Virus record (IMG/VR): IMGVR_UViG_3300044825_000698
Coordinates: 35,045-99,044 of that record
Direction: 5' to 3' (one strand)
Source of the DNA: a virus
Length of the DNA stretch: 64,000 bases
Position numbers and translations under genes: made by a program. Shown in pieces: positions 53,268 to 62,242 of the stretch (position 1 is its first letter; each line of letters begins with the position of its first letter). The notes under the pieces are model-generated. The model saw only the letters and a program-made list of their open reading frames with translations, was not told the DNA's origin and did no database searches.

Positions 53268-55403
53268 ATGCCTAAGCAGAAGATAGACAGCGAGATCGTC
53301 AAGGCTCGCAACCGTGCCCGGTCACACTTCCGCCGGGAGTCCAAGGCATACGAGGAGCGGTCATTGGCCGAGGCCCGTGAGGCTCTCAACCGTGCTCGCT
53401 ACCGTGCCACGCTCAACAAGGACGAGGTCAACCGTCAGGCCAGCATCGCATCGTGGGTGACCTCGATGTCGATTCCGGTCCTCGCCTCGCTCGACATCAC
53501 TCCCGAGATGGATGTCAATGTCATGGACGACCCTCGCATGGTCGCCAACGGCATCACGGCATCGGGCTGGACCGACTTCAGCAAGATTCACGTCCGTGTG
53601 TCGGACAAGTTCTACAACGAGAACGACCCGGCTCAGTTGTCCCGGCTCATCGCTCTCACCAAGGGCTTGATCTACCACGAGGCTGGTCACATCCTCTACA
53701 CCATCCCGTACCCCCAACTCGTACAGCGTGCGTCGGAGGCTGGCTACAAACTGTCGCCCTTGCCCGGTTCTTTGCTCGGCCCGACAGGAAGCATCACCAT
53801 CCAGGACGAGTACGAGTACAAGTGGGTGTGGAACCTGCTGGAGGACCAGCGCATGGAGTGCGCCGTGGTTCGTACCTCTCCGATCATCGAGCGGTACTAC
53901 CGAATCGTCGTGCTCGATGCGGTGATTCGTAGCATCCCGGCAGAGCAGGCGCACCGTGCGTGGCCGTTCATCACGGGTCGGTCTTACCTGCCCCTATCGG
54001 TCCTGAACGATTACCGCCGTAAGGCCGTCCAGTACGCACACGACAACGATCTCGTCGACGCTCTCGTCGCCATCGACCAAGGCGTGCGTGACTACAAGCG
54101 TGCGAAGACCGAGGTCGACATGGTCAAGGCTGTCGAGAAAGTCACCCCGGCCCTGCGCTTGTGGCTCAAACAAGAGCGTGCCAACGGCGGTGGCGACGGT
54201 GGCAGTGTGGATGACCACGGCCATCAGAGGCGACGTGAGCCGGGCCGTATTAGTCCCGACTCGTCAGCCACCGAAAGCGGTGAGGGCTGGGGTATTCCGA
54301 CTCCACCGACCAAGGCCGATGACCGTCAGGACGACGACAACAACCAGGGCGGTGGCGAGGTGACTGACTCGACCAGCGACACCCAGCGGTACGACAGCGC
54401 ACCGTCTCAGGGTGAGACAGACGAGGAGTCGGATAACGAGACATCCAATAACAAGTCCGATGGCAAGGGTCAGCAGGCCGATGGTCAGGACGACACGACC
54501 GACGATGACACCGACGAGTCGGATGAGTCGGACGAGCCGGGCACTGGTGTGGGGGCGTACGGAGACAACGCCCCCATCCTCGATGGCATCGAACAGACGG
54601 GTCTCAATGACCTGCTCGACGATCTCATCGACAACGTGGTGACCAACGATCAGATTCACGACCTCGTGACTCAGGTCAATGACTCACTGCGCCGTGGTGT
54701 GCCTCGTGACCCGAGCCTGTCCCCGATGCCTACGGAACTGCTCGCTCAGGTCGAGGAGGTCCGTGCTGGGATGCTCAACACCCTGGCTCCTCTCGCCGTC
54801 CAGGCCGACCCGGCATGGCGGTTCCGTCAGGAGTCGGGCGTGTTCGACCCGGTGACGTTCATGTACCGTGAGCCGGGCGACACCGACTACTGGGTCGACC
54901 TCGACGACACGGGTGCGACGGGTCACGACCTGGCCGTGTCAGTCATCCTCGACGTGTCGTACTCGATGTCCGAGAACACCGACGCTCTGTCGGTCGGTGC
55001 GCTCGGCATCCGTATGGCGTGCGACGAACTCGACATCCCGTGTACCGTCAGCACGTTCTCGGACAACGGGTACCTGTACTTCGATGCGACCGATAAGACG
55101 GAGCCTCTCCGTGTGTCGGCCCATGGCGGTACCGAGCCGACCGAGGCGTTGGAAGACCTGCCCAACCAGCGTTACGGCAAGGCCCGTCACCTCGTGGTCG
55201 TGTTCACCGATGGTGCGTGGAGCCACTCGGCTCCGATGTTCTCTCAGGTGCGTGAGCCTGGGATGTACATCCTGGGTGTCGGGTTCGGTCTCGGAGTGGC
55301 CGAGGCCATCGCCCAGCGCAAGCCCGACGTGGCCGTCAAGATCGAGTCGGTGTCGCAGTTGCCCGCCGAGGTGACCAAGGCACTCATCGGTTATCTCGTC
55401 TGA
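53268..55403 (+). CDS. CobT-like protein: HEXXH domain, acidic linker, VWA domain
   Basis: HEAGH, NLLEDQRME, MIDAS DVSYSM, GGT.P, FTDG. Confidence 0.85.
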   Translation: MPKQKIDSEIVKARNRARSHFRRESKAYEERSLAEAREALNRARYRATLNKDEVNRQASIASWVTSMSIPVLASLDITPEMDVNVMDDPRMVANGITASGWTDFSKIHVRVSDKFYNENDPAQLSRLIALTKGLIYHEAGHILYTIPYPQLVQRASEAGYKLSPLPGSLLGPTGSITIQDEYEYKWVWNLLEDQRMECAVVRTSPIIERYYRIVVLDAVIRSIPAEQAHRAWPFITGRSYLPLSVLNDYRRKAVQYAHDNDLVDALVAIDQGVRDYKRAKTEVDMVKAVEKVTPALRLWLKQERANGGGDGGSVDDHGHQRRREPGRISPDSSATESGEGWGIPTPPTKADDRQDDDNNQGGGEVTDSTSDTQRYDSAPSQGETDEESDNETSNNKSDGKGQQADGQDDTTDDDTDESDESDEPGTGVGAYGDNAPILDGIEQTGLNDLLDDLIDNVVTNDQIHDLVTQVNDSLRRGVPRDPSLSPMPTELLAQVEEVRAGMLNTLAPLAVQADPAWRFRQESGVFDPVTFMYREPGDTDYWVDLDDTGATGHDLAVSVILDVSYSMSENTDALSVGALGIRMACDELDIPCTVSTFSDNGYLYFDATDKTEPLRVSAHGGTEPTEALEDLPNQRYGKARHLVVVFTDGAWSHSAPMFSQVREPGMYILGVGFGLGVAEAIAQRKPDVAVKIESVSQLPAEVTKALIGYLV

Positions 55404-55532
55404 TGGTGGTAAGGCGGTGTATGGACACGGCGACGATCAAACCGTGGTCGTGTCCAACACTGCCACACCGGTCGGGTACAATAATCAACGAAACAGGTTG
55501 TGAGACCTCAACAAGAAAGGTAAAGTGAAACC

Positions 55533-55892
55533 ATGGAAACCACCAACATCACCGAGATCGCAGTCCGGTATCTCAAGACCAGGGAGACCGTCGAGTCAGC
55601 CTCCATCGCCCTGGCCGAACTGGACAGCCAACTGAAGGAGTACTTCCAGCAGACTGGCAACGAGTCCATCGAAGTGGATGGTCGCAAGATCAGTGTCGTC
55701 CACAACAAGCGTCGATCATTCGACATCACCGCTCTTCGGAATCTCGTCAGCCCGGCGATGTTCCGCAAGATCACCGAGCCGTCCGTCAAGACCAAGTTGT
55801 GGGATTCGGCTGTCGCTCTCGGTGAACTCGATAGCAAGGTCATCAAGAAAGTGGAAGCGACCACGTTCTATGACCAACTCAAGGTCAAGTAG
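55533..55892 (+). CDS. Hypothetical protein
   Basis: RBS and upstream promoter-like motif. Confidence 0.7.
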   Translation: METTNITEIAVRYLKTRETVESASIALAELDSQLKEYFQQTGNESIEVDGRKISVVHNKRRSFDITALRNLVSPAMFRKITEPSVKTKLWDSAVALGELDSKVIKKVEATTFYDQLKVK

Positions 55893-56050
55893 GGAGGCTG
55901 TATGTCAGCAACGACATACGAGTGCCCTGCCTGTCACCAGCGCATAACGGTCTACGTACCGCTGGTGGAGAATCCGACCTGTACCCGTCACACGGGTGGG
56001 GGTCGCCAAATGAAACCAGTTACAGACAACAAGGAGAACAACAAGTGAGC

Positions 56051-56437
56051 ATGGACATCAAGACCATTGTCATTCTGACTGTCGAGGGTCGCATCCCGGC
56101 AGAAGAAGGACTCAACCTCATCGCACAAGAGTGCGGTGTTACCACCGACAGCCTCATCCAGGCTCTGACATCGAGCGAGACGGTCACGACCCTCTCGGCC
56201 CGTCGTTGGACGATGGAAGACGACGGAACCGTCATCAAGATGTGGGCCTCGGGAGCATCAGCCGGGACCATCGCACGTGCGTTGGCCCGGACCCGTAACA
56301 GCGTGTCACAGCGTGTCCACTACCTGCGTGGTCAGGGCCACGACTTGGAGAAGCGTGAGACCGCAGGCATGAACCGGATTCGTCAGAACCGCACTAACCG
56401 CAGTGGGGCAACTCAACTGAAGTTGCCTGGGTTCTGA
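56051..56437 (+). CDS. HTH protein (GcrA-like N-terminal HTH)
   Basis: WT.EDD...IKMW.SG.SAGTIARAL.RTRNSV..R. Confidence 0.7.
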   Translation: MDIKTIVILTVEGRIPAEEGLNLIAQECGVTTDSLIQALTSSETVTTLSARRWTMEDDGTVIKMWASGASAGTIARALARTRNSVSQRVHYLRGQGHDLEKRETAGMNRIRQNRTNRSGATQLKLPGF

Positions 56438-56502
56438 GAACACGACCTGAGCACGTCGAGAAACTGCTCACCAACAACCAGTCCCTAACAAGGAGAATCA
56501 CC

Positions 56503-57909
56503 ATGAGATACCTACCGAACATCCACGAAGAGACCCGTAAGGCCGATAAGGAAGCCATCGCAACGGTTCTGAAGACCTTTGCCGATACTCCTCTGACAGC
56601 AGGCGATGTCACCGCACTCCTCAAGGACGTGCCGAAAGAAGTGGTCAACGGACTGCTGTGGCGTATGGCCAACAACAAGACCAAGTGGCCCAACATCAAG
56701 CGCACCAACTATGCGTCTTATGTGTGGGACAGCAAGGCCCGTCCCCCTCGTACCCCTCGTCCTGCCAAGCACAAGACCGTCGTCAAGCACAAGGTCGAGC
56801 AGATTCGTCCTGTCGTCGAGGCTCCTGTCGCCAAGCCTGCCGAGTGGGAGACCATCACGACCATCGAGGACAAGATCATCATTCGTCGCCACGACGGCAC
56901 GGTGTGGGTCGCCAAGCCCCTGTCGGTCTGACATGACCTACACCGAGTTCATCATCAACGCCACGCAGTACTTCGGTGCTCATCGTCGGGAGATGCGGTT
57001 CGGTCAGGCGGTCTACAACTGCCTGGCCACCGCTCGCCCCGACATCGCATCGCAGATCGTCGACACACCACTCGACCCGTTCCACAAGAACAGTGTGAGT
57101 GACGACGTGTGGCAGTTCATCAAGGAGAAGTGGTGACCAAGAAGATCGACCCTCTTACCGGGGCTAACTACGACATCGAACTCAGGATGTACATCCTGTA
57201 CCATGGCCTCACGGTCGACGAGGCTGTCGAAGTAATGAAAGTGACCGAGTCGTACAAGGCTCGGGATGAGAAGTTCAACCAAATCACTCAGAGAGGAAAC
57301 GCAGATGAAAATGCCATTCATAAGACGTTCAAAGGCGAGTAAGGCGATAAGCCACCTCATACAAACGCACATCAATGTCGTTCGTGAAATCTTCATGGTG
57401 ACTGACACCATGTCCGACGTACTCATGTCCCCGGCGGTCGACGAAGCGTTTCGTAATGCTCTCGCTACCACCGGTGGAGACCCGACAGCATCGGACGATC
57501 TTTACGAGGCTTATCGCCTCTTACGTCAGAAGCACTACGTCATCGTTGATACTTACGACTCTCTCCTTGAGGAGCAGGTCATCGACGAGATCGTTCACGA
57601 AGAGACCAGGGACATCGACCGAGAGATTCAGCGGTTCTTGTCCGTCGGAGGTCTGTGATGAACCTACGAGACCTGCCCGACTTCAACGATCTCTTCACTC
57701 GGTTCCGCTCTGACTACGACTACGAGAAGTCGTTCCAACGGTGGTGGGCCGAGGTGGAGGAGTCGTTCCAAGACATCCTCGACGACAAGGGTGCCGACTG
57801 GCTCAAGCACATCATCCGCTGTTTCTGGGAACAGTCGCCAATGGCACTCCGCATCCTCGATGATCAGTTCTTCGACGAGATTCGTAAGTGGCGTGATAGC
57901 CATGCGTGA
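56503..57909 (+). CDS. Run of hypothetical genes (56503-56931, 56933-57136, ~57133-57342, 57305-57658, 57655-57909)
   Basis: Coupled ORFs with RBSs. Confidence 0.55.
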
Positions 57910-58152
57910 GGTGCTGTGTATCATCGGCCTCATCGCCGTCATTCTTTACTGGTCACGCCAGTAACAGGCGTAAGGAGAACATCGCAGGGACCGGCCCTCT
58001 TCCTTTCTGTGGTCGGCGTTCTCCTCCCTCTCCCATTCGTAGTCCCTCGTGGCGCACTTTCCATTTCTTCAGTGCTGACACGAGGTAATGGGAGAGGGTG
58101 ACACCTGCTAGACTGAGAAGCGTTCCAACCGTGGCGATGTCCAAGGAGACCT

Positions 58153-58629
58153 ATGAACCTGTGCCGTGGACCGCTGTGTAGCAAACCAGTGGTCGCCAAG
58201 GGGCTGTGCCAAGCCCACTACAAGCAGTTGAGCCGGGGTAACTCGCTCACCGTGATCGAAGACCCGACCCAACAGACACCCGAGACCAAGTTCTTCAACA
58301 CGATCAAGAAGCAGGAGAACGGGTGCTGGATCTGGGATGGCCCGATAGATAAGGGCTACGGGCGTATGTACGTCAATAACAAGGCGTATCAAGTCCATAG
58401 GTGGTCGTATGAGTTCCATAAGCACGTCTCGCTCCGTAAGGAAGAGACGCTCGACCACCTGTGTCGAAACACTCTGTGCTGTAATCCCGAGCACTTAGAG
58501 AAGGTGTCGTTGATCGAGAACATCGAGAGACAGCACCTGTACCACGCTCTCAACGCCGAGATCAAACGGCTGAGAGAGTTCCTAACCGACATCGGGTACA
58601 ACCCCGACACTCTTATGAAGGAGATGTAA
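58153..58629 (+). CDS. HNH endonuclease
   Basis: CWIWDG...GYG...VHRWSY...LDHLCRNTLCCNPEHL....EN. Confidence 0.9.
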   Translation: MNLCRGPLCSKPVVAKGLCQAHYKQLSRGNSLTVIEDPTQQTPETKFFNTIKKQENGCWIWDGPIDKGYGRMYVNNKAYQVHRWSYEFHKHVSLRKEETLDHLCRNTLCCNPEHLEKVSLIENIERQHLYHALNAEIKRLREFLTDIGYNPDTLMKEM

Positions 58630-58792
58630 TGACCGAAACGCTAGACATCCAGGAACTGCTCGATGAGATCGACGAGATGCTCAAGATGACCGTCGGGCAT
58701 CAGATCGTGTCGGCATCAGAGATGACAGATAAGTTGCTTGACTTACGTGGTGTAGTTGGTAAACTGAATACACCTAACAAGGAGGACCACCA

Positions 58793-59044
58793 GTGAACGA
58801 CATCTACAAGGAAGTAGAAACTCGGCTTAGTGCCAAGGCTCTTGCTTCATGGCAGACCAAACGTGTGGAGCGCAAAGACCAACTGATCGCCTGGGCGTAC
58901 AGTTGTGTTCGTCACCCTGGGAACATCCACCTGTGGCCGAACGACGAACTAACTGAAGAGCAAGGACTTGATCTTGCTGTCAAGTTCCTCGATGACAAAC
59001 TAAATGAGGAGAACCACCATGCAGACATTCGTCCCCTACAGTGA
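58793..59044 (+). CDS. Hypothetical protein
   Basis: AAGGAGG RBS. Confidence 0.55.
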   Translation: MNDIYKEVETRLSAKALASWQTKRVERKDQLIAWAYSCVRHPGNIHLWPNDELTEEQGLDLAVKFLDDKLNEENHHADIRPLQ

Positions 59045-59447
59045 CCACCTGAAGACAGCCCGTGTGCTGGACCGCCAGCGTCTAGGCAAACAGCGCGTCG
59101 AGACGCTTCAGATTCTCAACGCCCTTAGCCCTTTCTACGATAAGAAGGGTTGGAAGAACCACCCTGCCGTCAAGATGTGGCGTGGCCATGAGCACGCTCT
59201 CATCGAGTACGGCCTGTACATCTGCCACGAGTGGGTCAAGCGTGGCTACACCGACACGTGCGCTGGCAAGATGACGGCCATGTTGCCCCTGTTCGATGAG
59301 CGGTCGGCGTTCATGCCCGACTGGTGGGGCGATACCGCCATTCACGACTCACACAAGTCGAACCTCGTCCGTAAGGCTCCCGATCATTACGGCTCGTGGT
59401 GGCCTGAGGTGTCACCCGACCTGCCGTACGTGTGGCCGGTGGCGTGA
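59019..59447 (+). CDS. Pyrimidine-dimer DNA glycosylase (T4 endonuclease V / MSMEG_6728 family)
   Basis: MQTFVPY...LDRQRLGKQRVE..QIL...HPAVKMW...SHKSNL..K..Y...LPYVWP. Confidence 0.88.
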   Translation: MQTFVPYSDHLKTARVLDRQRLGKQRVETLQILNALSPFYDKKGWKNHPAVKMWRGHEHALIEYGLYICHEWVKRGYTDTCAGKMTAMLPLFDERSAFMPDWWGDTAIHDSHKSNLVRKAPDHYGSWWPEVSPDLPYVWPVA

Positions 59448-60046
59448 TGACAAGGAAAGGTAAGGAGATACGGGAGTTGGCTTCTTACGCTTTCTCTATT
59501 CCACCTAATGGAAGACCCGGTAACAAGTCAACCGGTGACTGGGGTATCAGGAAAGAGCGTAACGCCAATAGGGACGCCAAGACAGATTCCATGGTCGCTT
59601 TCGCCTCGTTTGTTCATGGGACCATTACACCTGGGTGTGGTTGTGAAGAGTGTGATTCACGTCGAGATTTAGTAATGACACTGATCTACAACAAAGACCT
59701 CGATGTCAAGAAACTAGGACAGGCCATTTACGATGGTCCGTCTACAAGTGGCACTGACTGGTTCAACGCCAAGTGCCCTGTATGTGGTGCCTCACATTCG
59801 ATAAATGGGGTGTTTGGTACCATCATGGGAGAAAGGTGTTACCGTCGCTATGCGTGTAAGCGTCTCAATGAGATACTCAGGGAAATGAACGTAGAGCCGA
59901 AGAGACGGGCTATCCACTTCAACAACAACCTGTATTGGGTCGCACGAAACCTACCTAGTATTCGTAAAGACCACGAGTTGCTTGATGAGGCACTAACCCT
60001 CGCTGATAACTTGCTTACTATGTCTGACTACCCGTCAGTACGCTAA
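59444..60046 (+). CDS. Hypothetical Cys-containing protein
   Basis: Long ORF; GCGCEEC and CPVC. Confidence 0.55.
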   Translation: MMTRKGKEIRELASYAFSIPPNGRPGNKSTGDWGIRKERNANRDAKTDSMVAFASFVHGTITPGCGCEECDSRRDLVMTLIYNKDLDVKKLGQAIYDGPSTSGTDWFNAKCPVCGASHSINGVFGTIMGERCYRRYACKRLNEILREMNVEPKRRAIHFNNNLYWVARNLPSIRKDHELLDEALTLADNLLTMSDYPSVR

Positions 60047-60433
60047 GGCCATCAGATCACGTACTCGGGCTTTCTCCAGCCCGTATGGGGTCGTCCACAC
60101 CACGTTGGCCACCCCGGCATCTGCCAGGTCGTCAGAGCACCTAGCGCACGGCTTGGCGATGCCTAACTCTCCGCTACGGGTGATTCGGGCGACGTAGATG
60201 GTCGCCCCCTCCGCATCCCCAGCACGTCGCAGGGCAACCTCTTCGGCATGGTACGAGACATCACCGATGTCGACTTGTGACGGATTATTCCGATAGCGGT
60301 TGTAACCAGTAGCGAGTACACGCCCACGACGGACGAGAACAGCCCCAACACGCCATCTGTTATGTGGGGCTTGGTCGGCTTGGAGTAGAGCATTACGCAA
60401 CCACCTTATGTCAGAGGATGTAATCGTGAGCAT
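60035..60433 (-). CDS. Cytidine/dCMP deaminase-family protein
   Basis: VGAVL...GYN, HAE, PCARC. Confidence 0.85.
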   Translation of the reverse strand: MLTITSSDIRWLRNALLQADQAPHNRWRVGAVLVRRGRVLATGYNRYRNNPSQVDIGDVSYHAEEVALRRAGDAEGATIYVARITRSGELGIAKPCARCSDDLADAGVANVVWTTPYGLEKARVRDLMALAY

Positions 60434-60890
60434 TGTCGATGTTGTCGTAAATCTCTTTGTGCGTCAGCCCCGTGGACTTAGCCACCGCTGAGATCACGTC
60501 TTTGCTGTATTTGTAGAACCACTGGTCGGTCTTCCTCGGATACGTATTGTTGACGACGAAGAAGGCGCACCGCAGAACCTCTGCCAGGGTCACGTTCGTT
60601 GTACGAACGCCCTTACTGACCTTACGACGCTCTTTCTCTGTCAGACCGCCGTAGATACCGTCTCGCATTGAGTTGTTGATGGCGAACTCGGCGCACGGCT
60701 TGCGTACCGAACACCCGTAGCAGATGAGTTTGGCGGTGGTCCCGTTGCCTCCCTGGACGGGGTAGAAGACGTTCACGTCGACACCCTTACACTTGGCGTT
60801 GTCACGCCAAGACGAATCCTTATCCGGGTGCGACAAGGACGGCAGGCATACTTCGGGTGGTAGTTGATTCACAGTGGTTTCTTCTTTCAT
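60411..60890 (-). CDS. WhiB-family transcription factor
   Basis: WRDNAKC...FYP...CYGCSVRKPC...GIYGG.TE.ERR. Confidence 0.9.
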   Translation of the reverse strand: MKEETTVNQLPPEVCLPSLSHPDKDSSWRDNAKCKGVDVNVFYPVQGGNGTTAKLICYGCSVRKPCAEFAINNSMRDGIYGGLTEKERRKVSKGVRTTNVTLAEVLRCAFFVVNNTYPRKTDQWFYKYSKDVISAVAKSTGLTHKEIYDNIDNAHDYIL

Positions 60891-62008
60891 GCGTTAGATA
60901 TTAGGTCGGCTAGACGGGAAACACCAGTCGAGATGTCTCGGGCCTTCACCATTTCACGGTTTTGTTCTGCTTCTTCTTTACGTGTCTCATAGTGAGACAG
61001 TTCCCTGATGTGCCTCGACCACTGGACGGGGTTCTTAGCGAGTCGACCAATACCAAGGTCTTGCTGTAGTTCGATGTAGGCATCGAGTGTGCTGGCGATA
61101 AACGGAACTCCAGCGGCGGCGTATTCAAGTCCCTTGATATCGGACTTACAACGGTTGAAAGGCATCTTGGTTAGAGGCACTAACCCAATGTCCATCACCA
61201 TGAGGTTGGGGTACTCGCTGTGTGGGCACAACGGCATCGTCTCGACTTCACCGTCGAGGACACCGACACGAGATGCGAATGATGGAGCCTTGGGAACAGT
61301 GCCACCGTGGAACAGACGAATCGAATCAGTACGGAGGAACGCCGGGAAGATGCCTTTCAATATCTCCAGGTCACCTGACCGATGATTAGTGCTTCCTACC
61401 CACCCGACGAGAGGACGAGGGGTGTCCTGATGTTCGTGGGGTGTGAACCGAGCGACATCGACAGTGTTCTTGGAAATCTCAATGGGAGCACGGCAGAACT
61501 CAGCCACACGGCTCGCCAAGTACGGAGTACTTGAGATGATGAGGTCCGACCGACCGATGATGTTTCGGTAGTGGTTGAAGTTAGCCCGAGGGTTGACCTT
61601 CGGGTGGTTATGGCGAAAGGCATCGTTAGTGGGTGATAGTCCCCAATACCAGTCGTCAATGTCGTTGATGATCTTGATGCCCTGCTTCTGCGAAGCGACC
61701 ATGTGATCGGAAATACCGTCGTACATCAACCTCTGCATCAAGATGACATCAACATCATGTAGTTCACCCGATGTATCCATGATGCCGAGATGATCTCGGA
61801 CCCATGTCAATACACCGTGGACAATGTCGAACGGCAGGTGCTCGATGTACTGGCCAATACGTGCCCAGCCCGAGCCACCCCACCGTTCAACATTGTCAGG
61901 AGTTCTACTGGGGTGTACCCAGTCTCCTGATGCGATGCCTACTTTCAACACGCTTGGAACGTCAGGCCGACTTCGGCTTACGACGGGTCCAAGTGAGTGC
62001 GAAAGCAC
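60887..62008 (-). CDS. GT-B glycosyltransferase
   Basis: DIDDW, VGWVGS, DIGLVPL...FNRCKS.IK.LEY.AAGVP; true start may be downstream. Confidence 0.8.
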   Translation of the reverse strand: MLSHSLGPVVSRSRPDVPSVLKVGIASGDWVHPSRTPDNVERWGGSGWARIGQYIEHLPFDIVHGVLTWVRDHLGIMDTSGELHDVDVILMQRLMYDGISDHMVASQKQGIKIINDIDDWYWGLSPTNDAFRHNHPKVNPRANFNHYRNIIGRSDLIISSTPYLASRVAEFCRAPIEISKNTVDVARFTPHEHQDTPRPLVGWVGSTNHRSGDLEILKGIFPAFLRTDSIRLFHGGTVPKAPSFASRVGVLDGEVETMPLCPHSEYPNLMVMDIGLVPLTKMPFNRCKSDIKGLEYAAAGVPFIASTLDAYIELQQDLGIGRLAKNPVQWSRHIRELSHYETRKEEAEQNREMVKARDISTGVSRLADLISNA

Positions 62009-62162
62009 GGATGTCGTCTAAGTTCCACAGAGGAGTAGCCGACAGTTGTTTGATGGGCTTAGGGAAGTCCGACTTCTTACGCAGAGCATGAATCTGCTGT
62101 TTCGGGCATCCGAGTAGGTCTGCTACTTCCGCTGTCCCGCCAATGTTGTTCACATCGAACAT
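61962..62162 (-). CDS. AlpA/excisionase-like HTH protein
   Basis: GTAEVADLLG..KQ.I......FPKP.......PLW. Confidence 0.7.
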   Translation of the reverse strand: MFDVNNIGGTAEVADLLGCPKQQIHALRKKSDFPKPIKQLSATPLWNLDDIRAFALTWTRRKPKSA

Positions 62163-62242
62163 AGTTGTACACCTTCCTTAGGGTTTGTTACCCACGTAAT
62201 GCTACGAGTATGAAATAACCTAGCACAACCTCGGCGGGCTTT

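Larger units (their letters stand above)
42650..60999. repeat. Dispersed 17-bp palindrome YGTCTCA-N3-TGAGACR (17 copies)
   Basis: Starts at 42650, 43465, 43776, 44088, 44290, 44897, 45206, 45739, 46331, 46783, 48015, 48213, 49781, 51031, 52245, 54403, 60983. Confidence 0.92.

Noticed and set aside
42650-60999. Palindrome repeats as a CRISPR array or integron attC sites
   Set aside because: Spacing is irregular (hundreds to thousands of bp), many copies are intragenic, and no cas or integrase gene is in the window
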